In this document: positions 61,787 through 64,000 of the stretch, piece after piece | Position numbering within the stretch: position 1 is the first letter of the stretch | Layout: the number at the start of each line of letters is the position of its first letter | DNA from: Patescibacteria group bacterium UBA1406 | Lineage (GTDB): Bacteria > Patescibacteriota > Microgenomatia > UBA1406 | Length of the DNA stretch: 64,000 nt | Assembly (NCBI GenBank): GCA_002305675.1 | Contig: DBQA01000007.1 | Span: 238,653 to 302,652, forward strand | Reading direction: 5' to 3' | Position numbers and translations under genes: made by a program | Notes under the pieces: model-generated | What the model was told of the DNA's origin: nothing | Database searches by the model: none | The model's input: only the letters and a program-made list of their open reading frames with translations

Positions 61787-62457
61787 GATCTTTTAATTCT
61801 CCCGTCTGCCAACTCGATAACCCGCTCCCCGTATCTGGCTATTTCCCGGTCATGGGTCACGAGGATAATGGTCTTCCCTTTTTCTTTATGTACCATCTGG
61901 ATGAGCTTCATGATCTGAACCCCGGTTTTGGAGTCCAGATTTCCCGTCGGTTCGTCGGCAATGACGACCTCCGGGTCATTAATTAGAGCACGGGCAATGG
62001 CTACCCTTTGTTGCTGCCCGCCGGACAACTGGTTCGGGTAGGCGCCCTTCTTGTCCAGGATGTCAAAAATGGCGAGGAGGTTTTCTGCCGCCCGCAAACT
62101 GTGGCCGGTCATTCCGCTCGACGAGTAGACGCTAGGCAGGAGCACGTTTTCGGTCACTGTTAAGTTAGGGATTAGATTGAACTGCTGGAAAACAAATCCG
62201 ACAGTCTTATTCCTGATATTGGAGATGTGCCTGTCCGTCATTTGCGATACCCGTTTTTGGTCAATGTATACCTCCCCCACCGTGGGAGACTCCAATAGGC
62301 CGACCAGATACATCAGGGTGGACTTGCCCGAACCGGATTTGCCCAGAATGACAACAAACTCCCCCGTTTTGATTTCCAGTGAAACATTGTCCAAAGCGAC
62401 CACCCTCACGTTCTTAGAAGGATGGTAGATTTTGGAGACGTTTTCAAGCCTGATCAT
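61783..62457 (-). CDS. ABC transporter ATP-binding protein, MacB/LolD type
   Basis: Walker A is GKSGSGKST, the signature is [15 protein letters not shown] and Walker B is [12 protein letters not shown]. Confidence 0.92.
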   Translation of the reverse strand: MIRLENVSKIYHPSKNVRVVALDNVSLEIKTGEFVVILGKSGSGKSTLMYLVGLLESPTVGEVYIDQKRVSQMTDRHISNIRNKTVGFVFQQFNLIPNLTVTENVLLPSVYSSSGMTGHSLRAAENLLAIFDILDKKGAYPNQLSGGQQQRVAIARALINDPEVVIADEPTGNLDSKTGVQIMKLIQMVHKEKGKTIILVTHDREIARYGERVIELADGRIKRS

Positions 62458-62458
62458 A

Positions 62459-63493
62459 TCAATAGACCACCACTTCTCCGGGATGAAGCCCTTTCTTGAC
62501 TTCGACTAGGTCGTCGGACTCGATACCGAGGACAACCTCCCTTTGAATCCGTCGGTTGTTCTTAACGACCGTGACATATGTCTTTTTGCCGCTTTCGCTG
62601 ATGGCGGTAAAGGGGATGGCAAGGACATTCGTTTTCTTATCAGTCACGATGCTGACTTCTGCCCCCATTCCGAGTCGTAGCTTTTCCGTCACATTTCCGG
62701 GAATGGTCACTTTCACCACGTAGGCATTTTCGCTGACCGATTCCGGGGCGTAGGCCATGTAATATAACCGCCCCTCATAGACGGTATCTGGAAAGGAATC
62801 GAAGACTATTTTGGCAGTATTGCCGCTTTCCAACTTGACTATATCCTGCTGGTCAACGAGCATCTTCAGGTAGATGGTAGCTGGGTTGACGATCTCGAAT
62901 CTGGCGGTGGCCGGGGTGATGTTGATGCCTGCATATGGCTGATCGATATGGACCACGGTTCCGTTTATCGGGGAGTCGAGGTGGCAGAGGTCCATATTAA
63001 GCCTAGCTAGCTCGTAATCGATAACCGCTTTGTCCAGGCCGAACTGCGATAACTCCATGATGCGGGTGATCTCATCGGTGAGGTAGGTGTTACCTGTCCC
63101 GGTGTAACGGTCTTTGTAGGTGTCCCGCAACTGGTCATGCTCCCAGCGCTTGGTGAGAAAGTCCTCGGCCTTTTTGTCGAGCGCAGTCCTGACGTCCCTG
63201 TCGTCCAGACGGGCGATAGTTTGGCCCTGCGTTACGCTATCCCCTTCTTTGACACCCACCCAAATCAGTTTGCCGGAAATCTGAAACTGGAGGGTGGCTT
63301 TTTCTTCGGCATCAACCGTTCCGGAGAGCGCTAGAACGCTCTTGAGCGAAGTGGGCACGACTTCGTACAGGCCGCTCTCCTTCCCCTGTGACTGGACGTT
63401 AGCCGGCGTCCTCCGGCTGAAGAAAAGAAAGGCCGCCCCCACCAATATCAGGAACAGGACAAGAAGATAACTCCTTTTAACCTTAATGGGCAT
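62459..63493 (-). CDS. efflux transporter periplasmic adaptor (HlyD/MacA-like)
   Basis: 344 aa with a signal-anchor, lipoyl/barrel-sandwich segments (GDSVTQGQTIARLD) and a beta-barrel C-terminus. It is the first gene of the ABC triplet. Confidence 0.75.
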   Translation of the reverse strand: MPIKVKRSYLLVLFLILVGAAFLFFSRRTPANVQSQGKESGLYEVVPTSLKSVLALSGTVDAEEKATLQFQISGKLIWVGVKEGDSVTQGQTIARLDDRDVRTALDKKAEDFLTKRWEHDQLRDTYKDRYTGTGNTYLTDEITRIMELSQFGLDKAVIDYELARLNMDLCHLDSPINGTVVHIDQPYAGINITPATARFEIVNPATIYLKMLVDQQDIVKLESGNTAKIVFDSFPDTVYEGRLYYMAYAPESVSENAYVVKVTIPGNVTEKLRLGMGAEVSIVTDKKTNVLAIPFTAISESGKKTYVTVVKNNRRIQREVVLGIESDDLVEVKKGLHPGEVVVY

Positions 63494-63521
63494 GTTATTT
63501 ATTATATACTAAGATAACCTT

Positions 63522-64000
63522 ATGGAGCCAACAATTACCCGTTTCCGGCGAAACCAGTTCAAGGATCTGGTCCTGCCTAAGATAGGAGCCCATAAAGGGG
63601 ACAACGGCAAGGTGCTGGTGATCGGCGGCTCAACCCTGTTCCACAGCGCCAGTATTTGGGCAGCCGAACTCGTATCCAGGTTTGTCGATCTGGTCTTTTA
63701 CTATTCCCCCGCCCTGATAAACCGCGAGCTCCTGATGGAGGCCAAGAAAAACTTCAGGAACGGCATTGTGGTCCGCGCCGCCGAACTCGAAAACTATCTC
63801 CGGGAAGCCGACGTGGTCATCATCGGCCCGGGAATGAAAAGGAGGGAGAACACCGGCAAACCCGAAGCTGGTTTGTTGTCAGCAGAGCCGGACAAGGTGG
63901 AAAGGCTAGAGGACGAGGGCATGATCACTCATCTCTTGACCAACTCCCTGCTCGCCAAATATCCGGCCAAGAAATGGGTAGTGGATGCCGGCAGCCTCCA
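63522..64000 (+). CDS. nnrD: NAD(P)H-hydrate dehydratase (YjeF C-terminal/carbohydrate-kinase family), 3' end cut by window edge
   Basis: My translation is MEPTITRFRRNQFKDLVLPKIGAHKGDNGKVLVIGGSTLFHSASIWAAE... The KGDNGxVLVIGGS motif is diagnostic. TAAGAT (63510-63515) lies 6 nt upstream of the ATG. Confidence 0.7.
   Translation, partial: MEPTITRFRRNQFKDLVLPKIGAHKGDNGKVLVIGGSTLFHSASIWAAELVSRFVDLVFYYSPALINRELLMEAKKNFRNGIVVRAAELENYLREADVVIIGPGMKRRENTGKPEAGLLSAEPDKVERLEDEGMITHLLTNSLLAKYPAKKWVVDAGSL

Noticed and set aside
1-64000. Possibility of an alternative genetic code (UGA recoding), as in some CPR lineages.
   Set aside because: TGA terminates conserved genes at the expected C-termini (uppS ends ...RRFGGN-TGA; rpiB and the 2644-4728 ORF also end in TGA). 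Conserved proteins show no in-frame TGA interruptions.

Overview
This is a gene-dense 64-kb bacterial chromosome segment with about 75 CDS, one tRNA and one tmRNA. It uses the standard genetic code: TGA ends conserved genes such as uppS and rpiB at their expected lengths. All family calls come from motifs I recognised by eye; no homology search was run.

Gene content suggests a reduced-genome Patescibacteria/CPR organism, possibly Microgenomates-like. This is an inference. It rests on shortened housekeeping proteins, many small two-TM 'pilin-like' proteins, DUF4012, SpoIID and FemAB envelope genes, large Cys-rich surface proteins, and the lack of biosynthetic operons.

The window contains the chromosomal origin. 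dnaA (51886-53214) and dnaN are flanked by two DnaA-box clusters, and gene orientation switches at about 53.25 kb.

Housekeeping genes:
- DNA repair, replication and competence: fpg, polX, an endonuclease-Q-like gene, recA, dprA, comFC.
- Translation and RNA: metG, alaS, miaA, rpsA, L25, hup, rny, smpB plus tmRNA, tRNA-Ser(GGA).
- Envelope, export and sugar metabolism: uppP, uppS, secDF, rpiB/rpe, a MacAB-like ABC efflux triplet.

Accessory content is mostly membrane or secreted proteins of unknown function.

I found no CRISPR array, transposase, integrase, reverse transcriptase or recognisable defence system.

The observations most worth a second look:
1. Five paralogous TrbC/VirB2-like 'pilin' genes sit in two loci, each with a consensus promoter. 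One locus is embedded in a membrane-protein operon, and no secretion ATPase lies anywhere in the window.
2. About 30 first-in-operon genes have a -10-like hexamer 6-9 nt upstream of the start codon. This implies mostly leaderless mRNAs, and some divergent pairs have overlapping -10 boxes.
3. rny is the exception, with a roughly 137-nt nested-helix leader.
4. The origin is bipartite and uses a TGTGGAAAA box variant.
5. Archaeal-flavoured genes are present: EndoQ and a PIN protein resembling the RNA-ligase partner.
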